Shown here one piece after another: positions 1 through 10,018 of a stretch of 64,000 bases of DNA. Both the position numbers and the translations under genes were made by a program. Source of the DNA: a virus. Location: the IMG/VR virus record IMGVR_UViG_3300028610_001991; one strand, given 5' to 3'. The notes beneath the pieces are model-generated. The model saw only the letters and a list, made by a program, of their open reading frames with translations. It was not told the origin of the DNA and ran no database searches. The stretch's first letter is position 1. Each line of letters starts with the position of its first letter.

Positions 1-22
1 TGGGTTTCCCTTAGTTTCAACA

Positions 23-316
23 ATGGCCTTTAGATATGCGGAGAAGTACTGCATGAATTGTGGTGGTAATTTTGGCATGACTGATGTACCTTACGTAGAT
101 ATTACTTCAAAACTAAAACCTTTTATTACTAAGGCAAATAAGCAGTTTGATAAGATATGTAAACATCTTATAGGTGGAGGTATGAGGTTAAGAAGTTGTG
201 AGAAGTGTAATGAAGGATCAGACCATTTACACCATGCAACTCCGGAAGAAAGTAAGAAATACAATAAGGCTTTAGATAGGCTGGTAGAGTTAAAAGGTTC
301 GTACGGATGGAGATAA
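23..316 (+). CDS. hypothetical protein with CxxC pairs (possible Zn-binding)
   Basis: ORF with CMNC and CEKC; tightly packed against the next gene. Confidence 0.55.
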   Translation: MAFRYAEKYCMNCGGNFGMTDVPYVDITSKLKPFITKANKQFDKICKHLIGGGMRLRSCEKCNEGSDHLHHATPEESKKYNKALDRLVELKGSYGWR

Positions 317-319
317 TAA

Positions 320-511
320 ATGTTTGACTATTGGTTTTGTTCAGTCTGTGGTAAAAAACGACTTGATAAAGATATTAGTGTAGCTGTTCACGACTATTCT
401 CCTAGTCATAAATTACCGAACGGAACATTAAAAAGAAATGTTAAATACTGTAATGATAATCTTGACTGTAAAGAAAAAGCAGAAGATATAGCGAAGTGGA
501 AACTATGGTAA
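320..511 (+). CDS. small hypothetical protein (CSVC)
   Basis: ATG follows the previous stop (GGAGATAATAAATG); overlaps the next gene. Confidence 0.5.
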   Translation: MFDYWFCSVCGKKRLDKDISVAVHDYSPSHKLPNGTLKRNVKYCNDNLDCKEKAEDIAKWKLW

Positions 512-783
512 CTAAACGTCCTTTGATAACAGACGATAATATCGCTACTGCTATGCATGTCTTAAAGCTAACACTGGATACACAACTGAAAAGAAAAGGA
601 AAACTATGCTGGTTATCTGCACATGAAATGTTAGGTGTTATTACAGAAGAGTACCACGAGTTAATCGATGCAGTAAAAAGTAACCTTGATTTTGATATAA
701 AGCGAGAATTACTAGATGTTGCTGTAGCTGCTTTATTTGCACTTGCTTGTATAAACAATGGAGTATTAAATAGGGGTAAATAA
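505..783 (+). CDS. MazG-like NTP pyrophosphohydrolase-fold protein
   Basis: ITEEYHELIDAV...RELLDVAVAAL matches the EExxE...ExxD metal-binding pattern of MazG-like all-alpha NTP-PPases; ATG at 505 preferred over GTG at 496. Confidence 0.7.
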   Translation: MVTKRPLITDDNIATAMHVLKLTLDTQLKRKGKLCWLSAHEMLGVITEEYHELIDAVKSNLDFDIKRELLDVAVAALFALACINNGVLNRGK

Positions 784-2103
784 ATGTCAAATGAAAAAGA
801 TATGGTATCCTCACCAGTTACTAAAGAGGAGCAGGCTGATTTAGATAAGGTAGATGTATTGTTTGAGGGTGCAGGGGATGAGGTTGATAAGAGTTTCCCG
901 AACCAGGAGCCAAAGCCCGTAAAGAAAGCAGAAGATCATTTTATAGTTACAGCGGACTGGCATGTTGGTCTTACTCGATACTCCAGAGATAATAAAAAAG
1001 GTGTACCTGAAAGACATAAAGAATTATTAGAAAGTATAGGTTACATATTTAAGTATGCTTATGATACTAAAGCTTCGTTTGTTGTCATTGCCGGTGATTT
1101 ATTTGATAATAATCATCCTTCACAGTTGTACTATGGTGATTTAATACCTATATTTAAGCAGATATCTGAATGGAAAATACCTGTGTTTATACTATCAGGT
1201 AACCATGATGCTATTAATACAATCCCACAGATGAATGCACTCAGAACCATTTTTAAATCTAAGTTTGATAATATAGAAGTCATAAATGAAATTGAGTTTC
1301 ATTCTGGAGTCTTACCTGGTTATGATTTCCTATTTATACCTCATGTTAATCGTTGTGAGTATTCAGTATTTAATCCGGAAGCTGAGAGAGGGTTAATATC
1401 TGAGAAACTTCAATATCTTAAACTAAACCCTAAGAGAAAGAATCTGGTGTTTGGGCATGCACTTGTGCCGGGAAGTATACAGGGTGCCGAGAGATTAGTT
1501 ATGCGAGGCGGAGAACAGACATTTGATTTGGAAATAAATGCCGAGGCATATTTTTTTGGACATATGCATACACCACAGGAAATGAAATGGAAAGGAAAAC
1601 CGTTATATTATCCCGGTAGTATACAGGCTATAGATATGGGTGAGCGTGAAGATGAAAAGGGTTTTATTGATGCTTCAATAACAAAGGATGGAATCAAGAT
1701 TAAAAGACTTAGTATACCTACTCGAAAATTAGTACAGATAAATATTGATAGTTATGATGATTACTTAGCTCAGTTTGAAACTGAAGGTGTTTCCTTGAGC
1801 AGTGCTTATGGTGATCTTAAAGATAAAATAGTAAAAGTTAAAATAAAAGTACCGACCACTCAGAAATCACAAATAAACGAGAGTAAGATAAAAAAGTTCT
1901 GTAAGAAAGCTTACTGGCTGGACATAGCTTATGATTTACAGAGGGAAACCGCCACTAGAAATGAAAATGTAACTATTGAAGCAGATCCTGATAAAGCATT
2001 AAGCGGCTGGTATGAGTCCAGAAAATATCCTAAAGAAGATTTTGCAGAAATATCAAAACGACATAATGAAATTATGGCTGAAGTAACAGCATTAAAGGAA
2101 TAA
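784..2103 (+). CDS. sbcD: SbcD/Mre11-family metallophosphoesterase nuclease
   Basis: ADWHVG, AGDLFD, SGNHDA, FGH and GHMH phosphoesterase motifs; upstream of SbcC. Confidence 0.93.
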   Translation: MSNEKDMVSSPVTKEEQADLDKVDVLFEGAGDEVDKSFPNQEPKPVKKAEDHFIVTADWHVGLTRYSRDNKKGVPERHKELLESIGYIFKYAYDTKASFVVIAGDLFDNNHPSQLYYGDLIPIFKQISEWKIPVFILSGNHDAINTIPQMNALRTIFKSKFDNIEVINEIEFHSGVLPGYDFLFIPHVNRCEYSVFNPEAERGLISEKLQYLKLNPKRKNLVFGHALVPGSIQGAERLVMRGGEQTFDLEINAEAYFFGHMHTPQEMKWKGKPLYYPGSIQAIDMGEREDEKGFIDASITKDGIKIKRLSIPTRKLVQINIDSYDDYLAQFETEGVSLSSAYGDLKDKIVKVKIKVPTTQKSQINESKIKKFCKKAYWLDIAYDLQRETATRNENVTIEADPDKALSGWYESRKYPKEDFAEISKRHNEIMAEVTALKE

Positions 2104-2106
2104 GGT

Positions 2107-2436
2107 ATGGGTTTCTTTAAGAAAATATATAAGACGGCTGAAACTTATTGGTTGAAAGAAAAGGTCGAGAATTTAGAGAAGCGGATTAAAAAGCTACAGG
2201 AAGATATACTTACGATAACCAAATTACAAACTATTCTGGCAGACACTTTTACAGCCCATGTAACTAAAACGAGTGTAGTGATGAAGAACTTAGCGGTATT
2301 TATAAATACTTTAAACATAAGACATAAGATAGATCATTTAAAGGCTAAGGATGTAACTGACAGTGTAATTAACTTAGATGAATCCATGAAACATTTAAAT
2401 TCTAAAGTTGATTTTTTTACCGAAAACAAGGAATGA
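2107..2436 (+). CDS. hypothetical coiled-coil protein
   Basis: ORF between sbcD and sbcC; heptad-like VENLEKRIKKLQED. Confidence 0.55.
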   Translation: MGFFKKIYKTAETYWLKEKVENLEKRIKKLQEDILTITKLQTILADTFTAHVTKTSVVMKNLAVFINTLNIRHKIDHLKAKDVTDSVINLDESMKHLNSKVDFFTENKE

Positions 2437-2525
2437 GTAAATGAGTAAGGATAAACAGCCTGAATTAGCTATGTACAGGGCTGCTCTTCCAGGTATGAAT
2501 TAAAAGACTATATAAAGAGGTAATA

Positions 2526-4634
2526 ATGGGACAATCGTTTTTGCAAGAAATATATATTAAGAATATGCTGTCTGTTAGAGAAGCTAAGATAGATTTAAGC
2601 AGGTACGGTACTGTAGGTGTTATAGGCGAGATAGATGATGATGCTGAGTTTTCTAACGGTGCCGGTAAGAGTTCTCTGGTTGAATGTTTTTTATTAGCTT
2701 GGTACGGTAAGGGTAGAGTTGATATATTTAACGCTATTAAGGATGATGCTGAGGAGGGTGAGATTCATCTCAAATGGATAGGGGATGAAGGCGGTAAGCA
2801 GATGCCTCTAAAAGTAATAAGAAAAGCAAACAGAAAGACAAGGGAGCATGTCAGAGAGTTATACATAAATGATAGTAAAACACCTTTCGGAGGAGGTAAG
2901 ACAGGAACGGATAAATATATAGAAAATGTTTTAGGTTTAGATTTTGATACAGCTATAGCAACTAATTTTTTTATGCAGAGAAAGGATGATGCTTTTACAT
3001 CACTTAAACCAGGCAAGAGAAAAGATTATTTAAAGAAGATTATTAATACCGAGCTGTATGATCTTGCGTATGAGAAAGTTAAACTGACAGTATCGGACTT
3101 AGAAAAAAGATTAGCTGCAGCTAGATTAGAAACGGAAGCATACCAAAAAGAATTAGATGAACTTAGTACTATAAATTTCGAGGATAAAGTAAAAGAAGCT
3201 AAAGCTAATATACAGAAATGTGTAGATGTAATGAAAGAGTACACCATTAAACTTGAAGACAATAAGAATAAGGTTAAGGGTATAGAGGGTGCTGTATTGC
3301 AGCAGGAAGATATGAAAAAAACAGTAGGTGTACTTAGGGACAGGTTAACCAATATAGATAATAGTAAAAAGGAATCTGTGGAAAATAGTGTTAATTTAAG
3401 AAACCAAGCAGCTATTATTGAGAATGCTAAAGTAGAATTAACTAAGTTACCCGATTATAGTTTTGATGAAGAAAAATTCAATGGGTTAGCTATAGAAGGT
3501 ACCAAACTCAATAAAGATAAAGGTGTGTATGAAGGTAAAATAAAGATATACGAAGAAATAACTAAGGAAATGCAAGGGTTAGCTGAAAATTGTGCTTTAT
3601 GCCGACAAAAGATAACTCAAAAGCATACAGAGGCTATAATTAAAGAGCAGAAAGTTTTAATCGACGATAATAACATTAAGATCAAGGAGATTGAAAGTTC
3701 TTTAACTAAATTACGAGAAGAGTACACAAAGCTGAACGCTATTAAAATAAAAAAGGATATGGTTAATAATCAAAAATTAAAACTTGAAGGTATAGTTAAA
3801 AACGAAGACAATAATACAAGCATGCTTAACTTACTAAAGGAAACCATAAGTAAACTTGATGAAGAAAGAAAAGGGGTAGAGTTACAGTATAATTCCGGAT
3901 TAGAATCAATAAAGAACTCTCCTCAGATTGATGAAGCTTTTTTAAATAAAATGCAAAGGGAGTGTGAGGCCCTGGCTAAAGATATAGAAAAAACAAAAGA
4001 TATCCAGAATCAATACTATAGCTACGTAGGCTCCCTGGAGACAAAACAAGCCCGAATACCTGAACTTGATGATAAAATAAAAAAGATCGAGGATAGTACC
4101 AAAGATGATGCTTATAACGTGAGGGTGTATAAGATTTTAATGGAGGCTTATTCTAAAAACGGTATTCCTGCTTTGATAGTAGACAACATGTTTCCTATTA
4201 TTGAAGAAACTGCTAATTATATTTTATCTCAGTTTGATAATAAGCGTGTGATTGAGTTTAGTAGTTTAAAAGAGAAAGTAGGCGGAGGCTCATCGGAGAG
4301 TTTAGATATCTGGATACATAATTTAGTCAAAGATACTAAGAGGTTGTATGAAACGTATTCAGGAGGAGAATCAACCGGTATTAACCTATCCCTGCGAAAA
4401 GCATTAAGCGATCTTCTAGCTAAAAGGAAGTATAAAAGGTTACCGTTCTTAGTACTTGATGAGGTATTTGCGGCATTGGATCGTAGGCATAGGAACTTTG
4501 TCATTCAGATAATTAATTTATTAGAAAAAGATTTCAGTCAGATATTTATAATATCGCATACAGAGCTGCAATCAGCTTTCCCACAGATAATAAAGGCTGT
4601 AAAAAAGGACGAGGATACGGTGTATGTCCAGTGA
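2526..4634 (+). CDS. sbcC: SbcC/Rad50-family SMC-like ATPase
   Basis: Walker A NGAGKSS, long coiled coil, central Zn hook CALC, signature YSGGE, Walker B LVLDEVF. Confidence 0.95.
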   Translation: MGQSFLQEIYIKNMLSVREAKIDLSRYGTVGVIGEIDDDAEFSNGAGKSSLVECFLLAWYGKGRVDIFNAIKDDAEEGEIHLKWIGDEGGKQMPLKVIRKANRKTREHVRELYINDSKTPFGGGKTGTDKYIENVLGLDFDTAIATNFFMQRKDDAFTSLKPGKRKDYLKKIINTELYDLAYEKVKLTVSDLEKRLAAARLETEAYQKELDELSTINFEDKVKEAKANIQKCVDVMKEYTIKLEDNKNKVKGIEGAVLQQEDMKKTVGVLRDRLTNIDNSKKESVENSVNLRNQAAIIENAKVELTKLPDYSFDEEKFNGLAIEGTKLNKDKGVYEGKIKIYEEITKEMQGLAENCALCRQKITQKHTEAIIKEQKVLIDDNNIKIKEIESSLTKLREEYTKLNAIKIKKDMVNNQKLKLEGIVKNEDNNTSMLNLLKETISKLDEERKGVELQYNSGLESIKNSPQIDEAFLNKMQRECEALAKDIEKTKDIQNQYYSYVGSLETKQARIPELDDKIKKIEDSTKDDAYNVRVYKILMEAYSKNGIPALIVDNMFPIIEETANYILSQFDNKRVIEFSSLKEKVGGGSSESLDIWIHNLVKDTKRLYETYSGGESTGINLSLRKALSDLLAKRKYKRLPFLVLDEVFAALDRRHRNFVIQIINLLEKDFSQIFIISHTELQSAFPQIIKAVKKDEDTVYVQ

Positions 4635-4824
4635 TGAGGAAGAAAAAGAGATTAAAAGATTAACAGAGGAAGCCCGGCGGTATATTATTATGAGATATGT
4701 GGTAGACAGGAAACAAATTCCTGATGTATTTACTTGTGATAGCTGTGGGGAAGCACACATCTGTAGTAATGCTTTTGATTTAGAAAATGTTAACGATCGG
4801 TGTATCGTAGAGGAGGGTAGGTGA
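4624..4824 (+). CDS. small Cys-rich hypothetical protein
   Basis: Overlaps both neighbours; CDSC...C...C. Confidence 0.5.
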   Translation: MSSDEEEKEIKRLTEEARRYIIMRYVVDRKQIPDVFTCDSCGEAHICSNAFDLENVNDRCIVEEGR

Positions 4825-5288
4825 AAACACATAAACAAATAATTAAGCAAGCACGTGCTCTTAATGCAGAGGGTTCTATATGTGGGATACCCTTTGAAAA
4901 ATCGAGCGGCACTATATCCTCTTTGCCTACTAAAGGGCAGGTATGTCTTAATTGTAAGAAACAACAATCAGTATGTACCTGTGCTAAGGAGGGTAAAGGC
5001 GCTAAATTTAGTGAGGGTAAGTTAAGATACGATTTATTACCGGATAGAGAAATACAAGAAATTGTGCAGGTATTAACAGATGGCGCTAAACGTTACGCAC
5101 CTAATAACTGGAAACAAGTTTCTGATCCCATTAATGTATACTATGCTGCATTAGAACGACATATTAAAGCGTGGAGGTTAGGTATATTAAAAGATTCTGA
5201 TTCTGGTAGAACACATTTATCTCACGCAGGGTGCTGTTTACTATTTTTAATGTGGTTTAATAATGAAAATGAGCTTAGTACTAAATAG
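4821..5288 (+). CDS. dATP/dGTP diphosphohydrolase (DUF5664-type) domain protein with N-terminal Cys-rich segment
   Basis: GAKFSEGKLRYDLLP...GAKRYAPNNWK...YYAALERH...DSDSGRTHLSHAGCCLLFL is the typical DUF5664 pattern. Confidence 0.85.
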   Translation: MKTHKQIIKQARALNAEGSICGIPFEKSSGTISSLPTKGQVCLNCKKQQSVCTCAKEGKGAKFSEGKLRYDLLPDREIQEIVQVLTDGAKRYAPNNWKQVSDPINVYYAALERHIKAWRLGILKDSDSGRTHLSHAGCCLLFLMWFNNENELSTK

Positions 5289-5326
5289 TATGGCTTTAAT
5301 TAATTTGGATGATCTGGAGAAATAAT

Positions 5327-5464
5327 ATGCCAAAAATAACAGAAGTAAATATAATGTTTCCTACTGAGTAAGATGTACACAGAAAGAGACGCGTAGGGGT
5401 ATCTGTGAAATTTTCCTGTAGGGATAAGTGGGAGTTAGCAAAATACATATTAGAAAAGGAATAA
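5327..5464 (+). pseudogene. small ORF interrupted by an in-frame TAA (5369-5371)
   Basis: GGAGA RBS plus ATG; frame stays open for 30 codons after the stop and ends next to the thyX RBS. Confidence 0.35.
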
Positions 5465-5466
5465 TC

Positions 5467-7575
5467 ATGAAAGTAATTGAACCTAGTTATGAAATTATTA
5501 AGTATGATGGAGGCAGTGAGGAACAAGTCTTAAAGCACCTGGAGGCTTGTGGGAGAACTTGTTATAAATCAGATCATAAGATTAGACAAGGATCAGCAGA
5601 GACATTTGTTAAAGGGTTAATGAAAGCAGGCCATGAGGCAATGATAGAGCATGCTTCTATAGCTACGGGAATGAGTACTAAAAACTATGAGTTTTTGAGA
5701 GATTATAGGTTATTTAATGGTACAACAAAACATATGAGCGATCCTGATATTGGTAAAGATAATGTTTTATCATTTAAAAAGGATTGGTATGCAAAGACTG
5801 CTCTTAATTTTATGAACTTTTCTTATCACGATAATATAGGGTTTCTTGTTTCTGGTAATTTCAGAGCTTGGAGAAATCTACTTCATGGGTTTAAACTAGC
5901 GCCTGATTTATTATCTACTTTTGTAAGGTTTTTTCCTGTTATGTTTTCTGATTTTGATATTCCAAAAGGAAACTCAGGTAACAGAGAAGTAGTTGGTATT
6001 ATGTCTGGTCTGGATAAAATGCTCCCAGCAGTAAAGTTGCTGCATAAGTATGTCTCTGTTCGTTTTATATGTAATCGGGGTTTTTGTTATAGTGAAGATA
6101 CTAAAGTGTTAACCAATGAAGGGTGGAAGTTTTTTCCTGAGTTAAAAGGAAATGAGATGATTTTAACTAAAGACGATAACAATAATATTGTAGAAGAACC
6201 TATAAAAGAAATTGTTATAGAGGATTGGAATACAGACTTACTCAGTTTTAAAAATACCGAGATGGATTTGCGTGTTACGCCTAACCATAATATGTGGGTT
6301 CTTGATGCTGAGAGTGGTGGTTATAACTATGAAAAAGGAAAGTTTATTAAAGCCAAGGATATGACCAATTCTAAGTACAAGATAGATAGGGGCGGTAATT
6401 GGAAAGGACAGATAGTGGATAGAATAAATCTACCGGATGAGATTGAGTTTGTATCTTCTTTTAATAAAAAGAAATGTAAAGGATTTTCAGTCAGCCCAGA
6501 GCCTTTTTTGGAGTTATTAGGGTTATGGGTTACGGATGGTACAATATATCCACCGAAAAATGGGAGGGGAAGAAGGGTATCCATACGACAGACTAAGCCT
6601 ATAGCACATAGAAGAATAATAGAATTACTTGATAAATTGAATTTTAAATACTCAACACATAAAAATGATATTAGGATAAATTGTATTCCTTTATGGCGGT
6701 TTTTAATGGATGAGTTTATGCTACCTATTAGTGGGATAAAGTCTTATTTTTTAACCCTTCCGGTTTGGCTTAGAAATTTAGATAGTAACTTACTACAATG
6801 TTTTATTAAAGGAGTATTATTAGGAGATGGGTTTGAGGATAAAAGCAGAAAATTAGTATATTCTTCTTCTCTAACCTTTTGTGAAAACTTAGTCGAGTTA
6901 GCTTTAAAAACAGGTAGGTCTGCCTCCATAAGGGAATATCGCCCTAAAGGACATAAAAGATATTGGTCGGATGGAAGAATAAGCATATGCCAAGCAAGTT
7001 ATGTTGTTAATATAGGAAAAGAACCTTATGGGGTTTTAACTAAACATTCCGAAGTAGCTAAGATAGGAGAACCAGAAGCTTATCTTGGTCTGGTATGTTG
7101 TGTAGAATTAGAGAAACATCATAGATTATATGTTATGAGAAATGGAAAGGCTTGTTGGTCAGGAAATACACATGAATTGGTACGTATGAGGCCATGTAGT
7201 TTTGCACAAGAATCAACCAGATACGTAGATTATTCTGATGAAAGTGATCGTGGTAAAGGTGAGATGAAAGCAGTTAAACCAGAATGGTTTACTCAAGAAG
7301 ACCGGTTAGAGACGTGGATGATTGCTATGGAGCAGGCAGAAATTAAATATCAAGAATTACGTAAGCTAGGGGCTAGTCCTGGTGAAGCAAGAGGTGTTTT
7401 GCCAATCGATGTCAAGACAGAAATTGTCATTACTACTAACTTGGCTGAGTGGTATCATATATTTAAATTGAGAACAGCAAATGCCGCACACCAGTCTATG
7501 CGACAGTTAATGCGACCGGTATGTGAAGAGTTTAAAGATGATGAACCGGAAATCTTTGAAGATATAACCTGGTAA
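5467..7575 (+). CDS. thyX: flavin-dependent thymidylate synthase ThyX precursor containing an intein
   Basis: EACGRTCYKS, GHEAMIEHAS, then after the intein THELVRMRPCSFAQESTRY, EARGVLP and NLAEWYHIFKLR; ATG 5467 follows AAAAGGA. Confidence 0.93.
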   Translation: MKVIEPSYEIIKYDGGSEEQVLKHLEACGRTCYKSDHKIRQGSAETFVKGLMKAGHEAMIEHASIATGMSTKNYEFLRDYRLFNGTTKHMSDPDIGKDNVLSFKKDWYAKTALNFMNFSYHDNIGFLVSGNFRAWRNLLHGFKLAPDLLSTFVRFFPVMFSDFDIPKGNSGNREVVGIMSGLDKMLPAVKLLHKYVSVRFICNRGFCYSEDTKVLTNEGWKFFPELKGNEMILTKDDNNNIVEEPIKEIVIEDWNTDLLSFKNTEMDLRVTPNHNMWVLDAESGGYNYEKGKFIKAKDMTNSKYKIDRGGNWKGQIVDRINLPDEIEFVSSFNKKKCKGFSVSPEPFLELLGLWVTDGTIYPPKNGRGRRVSIRQTKPIAHRRIIELLDKLNFKYSTHKNDIRINCIPLWRFLMDEFMLPISGIKSYFLTLPVWLRNLDSNLLQCFIKGVLLGDGFEDKSRKLVYSSSLTFCENLVELALKTGRSASIREYRPKGHKRYWSDGRISICQASYVVNIGKEPYGVLTKHSEVAKIGEPEAYLGLVCCVELEKHHRLYVMRNGKACWSGNTHELVRMRPCSFAQESTRYVDYSDESDRGKGEMKAVKPEWFTQEDRLETWMIAMEQAEIKYQELRKLGASPGEARGVLPIDVKTEIVITTNLAEWYHIFKLRTANAAHQSMRQLMRPVCEEFKDDEPEIFEDITW
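6085..7167 (+). mobile_element. intein (361 aa) with LAGLIDADG homing endonuclease
   Basis: Starts CYSEDTKVLT (Cys1), block B LRVTPNHNMWV, LAGLIDADG motifs LLGLWVTDG and FIKGVLLGDG, ends WSGN before Thr+1; removal restores CNRGF-THELVR. Confidence 0.93.
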
Positions 7576-7726
7576 TGCAATATAGAAAAGTTGGTTCATT
7601 TTAAGTGCGGGTTTTGTGATAAGTGGTGGACAGTAGGAGACGCACCTTCGGATCCCGAGCGTAGAAGATTCTACTACCGCCCTTGGCGAGGTAAGAAACA
7701 AAGATCAAAAAAGAAGGGGATTAACA

Positions 7727-8002
7727 ATGGATAGAATTTTGGATTTAGTTATTAGGCTGATTGAATACCTTAAGGGCTTTTATCTGTATGACATTGGAAT
7801 GTTTAAGTATCTACTGACCCACTGGTGGAATTACGTTGCACTGTGTATCCCGGTGTTAGCTTACCTGTGCTTCTTCGTTATAAAGTGGGTAGTATTGTTT
7901 TTCCCTATTCTATTACCGTTTGGGAGAATAATATATGCTCTTCAGCGGAGTGTATCGAATGTAATTAGTAATAAAATAACTAATAAGTTCGATAAGAAAT
8001 AA
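7727..8002 (+). CDS. hypothetical membrane protein
   Basis: Hydrophobic stretch YVALCIPVLAYLCFFVIKWVVLFFPILL; AAGGGG RBS. Confidence 0.55.
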   Translation: MDRILDLVIRLIEYLKGFYLYDIGMFKYLLTHWWNYVALCIPVLAYLCFFVIKWVVLFFPILLPFGRIIYALQRSVSNVISNKITNKFDKK

Positions 8003-10018
8003 ATGGTAATAACAAAAGACCGGGTAACACTGGTTGGACAGAAGTTTGACATCAAGGCTAAAAACGGGAAGTATGTAACCTGGGAAGTATTTGATGAGGA
8101 TCTTAACCCTGTTTTACCTTCTGTGTACCTCATGAATACTAAAGCTAAGCAGAAGGGGTGCATACAGTTGAACCCATTAAAGCTGTTAGAGGCAACTAAC
8201 AAGATGGATACAGTTATGCCACATATCGGAGATTGAACTTGAAAACAGAATACGAATATATTTATTTTGAACTTAAAGAAAAGAAACCTAAAACAACTAT
8301 TTGGTCCTGTCTAAACCGGAAGAGTGGAGATTTGTTAGGCGAGATAAAGTGGTACCCTGCCTGGAGACAGTATTGTTTTTTACCGTGTCAGGCTACGGTA
8401 TTTAGTCATGGTTGCTTAAAGGACATTAACAGCTTTATTGAGCAACTACATGAGGAGAGGAAACGTGCATAAATTTTTAAAGTCTGTGGTAGCTGCTGCT
8501 ACAGTCACGGCTAGTAAGGAAGGACAGAGGAAAATTGAAATTAATGTAAAAGTACCAAAAGTAGTTAAGGCGTATGTTGATCTACTATTAAAAGCAAATG
8601 AGACATTAATGAAAATTAAAGCAGAGCTAGGTGTGGTAAATCCAGTTTATGAACTTATGCGTTTATTACAAAAAGAAAATGAGCAACTACAACAGAAGTT
8701 TTTAAAATTGGAGAAATAACAAAGGAGATGGAGATGACAAATCAAGAATATATTGGAAATATATCTTACATATTAGCAGAGACAAATACCTATATGGATA
8801 CTAATATATTAATTGATCTGCTAAATACTAATGGTTTCGAGCAGCAGCGGGGCGGTCCTTATATTAAAGGAGGCCGTGGTATATTTAAACTATTATCAAG
8901 CACATATGCTCATTTTGAGGGAAATAGTTTTACACAGAACAATATAGCGACACGTTTCGTTGAAGTAGGGACGCGAGAGCCAGCTTGGGTTGAATAGGGG
9001 AAAAGATTGACAGAAAAAACATTAAAAGCATTAAAGATACTACAGGATAATCCAAACATAGCAGCAAGAAGATTTGCTAAATTAATGTGGCCGGATAGTA
9101 TTATGCATCGTAGAGTTTCAAATACAGGAAACGGCGCTACTACAGGTAAAGCAGGATGGTTATGTGGCGGTAGCTATTTAGCAAAACTTTGTAATAAAGA
9201 GCTTGTGTACAGATACCTTACTAGTAACGGGTATACTTGGACGTTTTCTCTTTCGCGTAAAGGAGTGGAGGTATTGAATGGGTAGAATAATCAAAGTCCC
9301 AATACGTAGAGGAGAGCTTGCTTTCTCTTATAACGTAAGTGTAGACTCAACCGGTATGTTCACTACGACTATACCTAATGAAATAGCCAAACAAATACAA
9401 GATGCAGGTATCAGGCTTGATTGTAATAAGCTCAGTAATCCGGGGCACTTTACATCTGATACACTAAAAGGAGTACAGGCTAAGGTTAGGGCTATTGTAG
9501 ATGAGTTTTCAAGTAGAGAACTTATAGAAGAGAAAACGGTTCTTCAATATAAGATAAAAACCCGATGTACTTATTGTAAAAATCCTAAAGGAGGGTTTGT
9601 ACCGAATGGTTCTCCTGAGTGGGTGGGGTCAGATGATTTTAAGTGGTATAGCGGTACTGAAGATTTACACTCAAGTAACCGACAACCATTTGGATTGGAT
9701 TTATATGTTGCTCCTAGGATAAAAAGGGTATATAAGTATCTCAGCGGTAGAGAAGTAGTAGAATACGATCGAATAGAAGACCAAGATGTTGACCCTAAAA
9801 CTAATCTCTATTGGTTATTAGGTATACACACTATGACTACTGACCATTGGGACGAGTTAGATGAGATTGAATATACAGAACAAAGGGCGTTGTTTTTTGT
9901 TGATTTTATAAAATATATCTGTAGTATAAATGAGAAATTAATAGATTTAGTAAAACCAGAAAATCTGATTAAAGCACTTGATAACCCTACTAAAGCATTA
10001 CCTTTTGAGGAGAAATGA
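8003..10018 (+). other. run of six small/medium hypothetical ORFs (8003-8236, 8233-8472, ~8450-8719, 8728-8997, 9007-9285 possible winged HTH, 9278-10018)
   Basis: Abutting or overlapping plus-strand ORFs with AGGAG/GGAGG RBSs; no recognisable family motifs. Confidence 0.6.

Noticed and set aside
784-4634. Wadjet/SMC defence system
   Set aside because: The SMC-like protein has a Rad50 zinc hook and is paired with an Mre11 nuclease, so it is SbcCD; no JetA/JetB are seen
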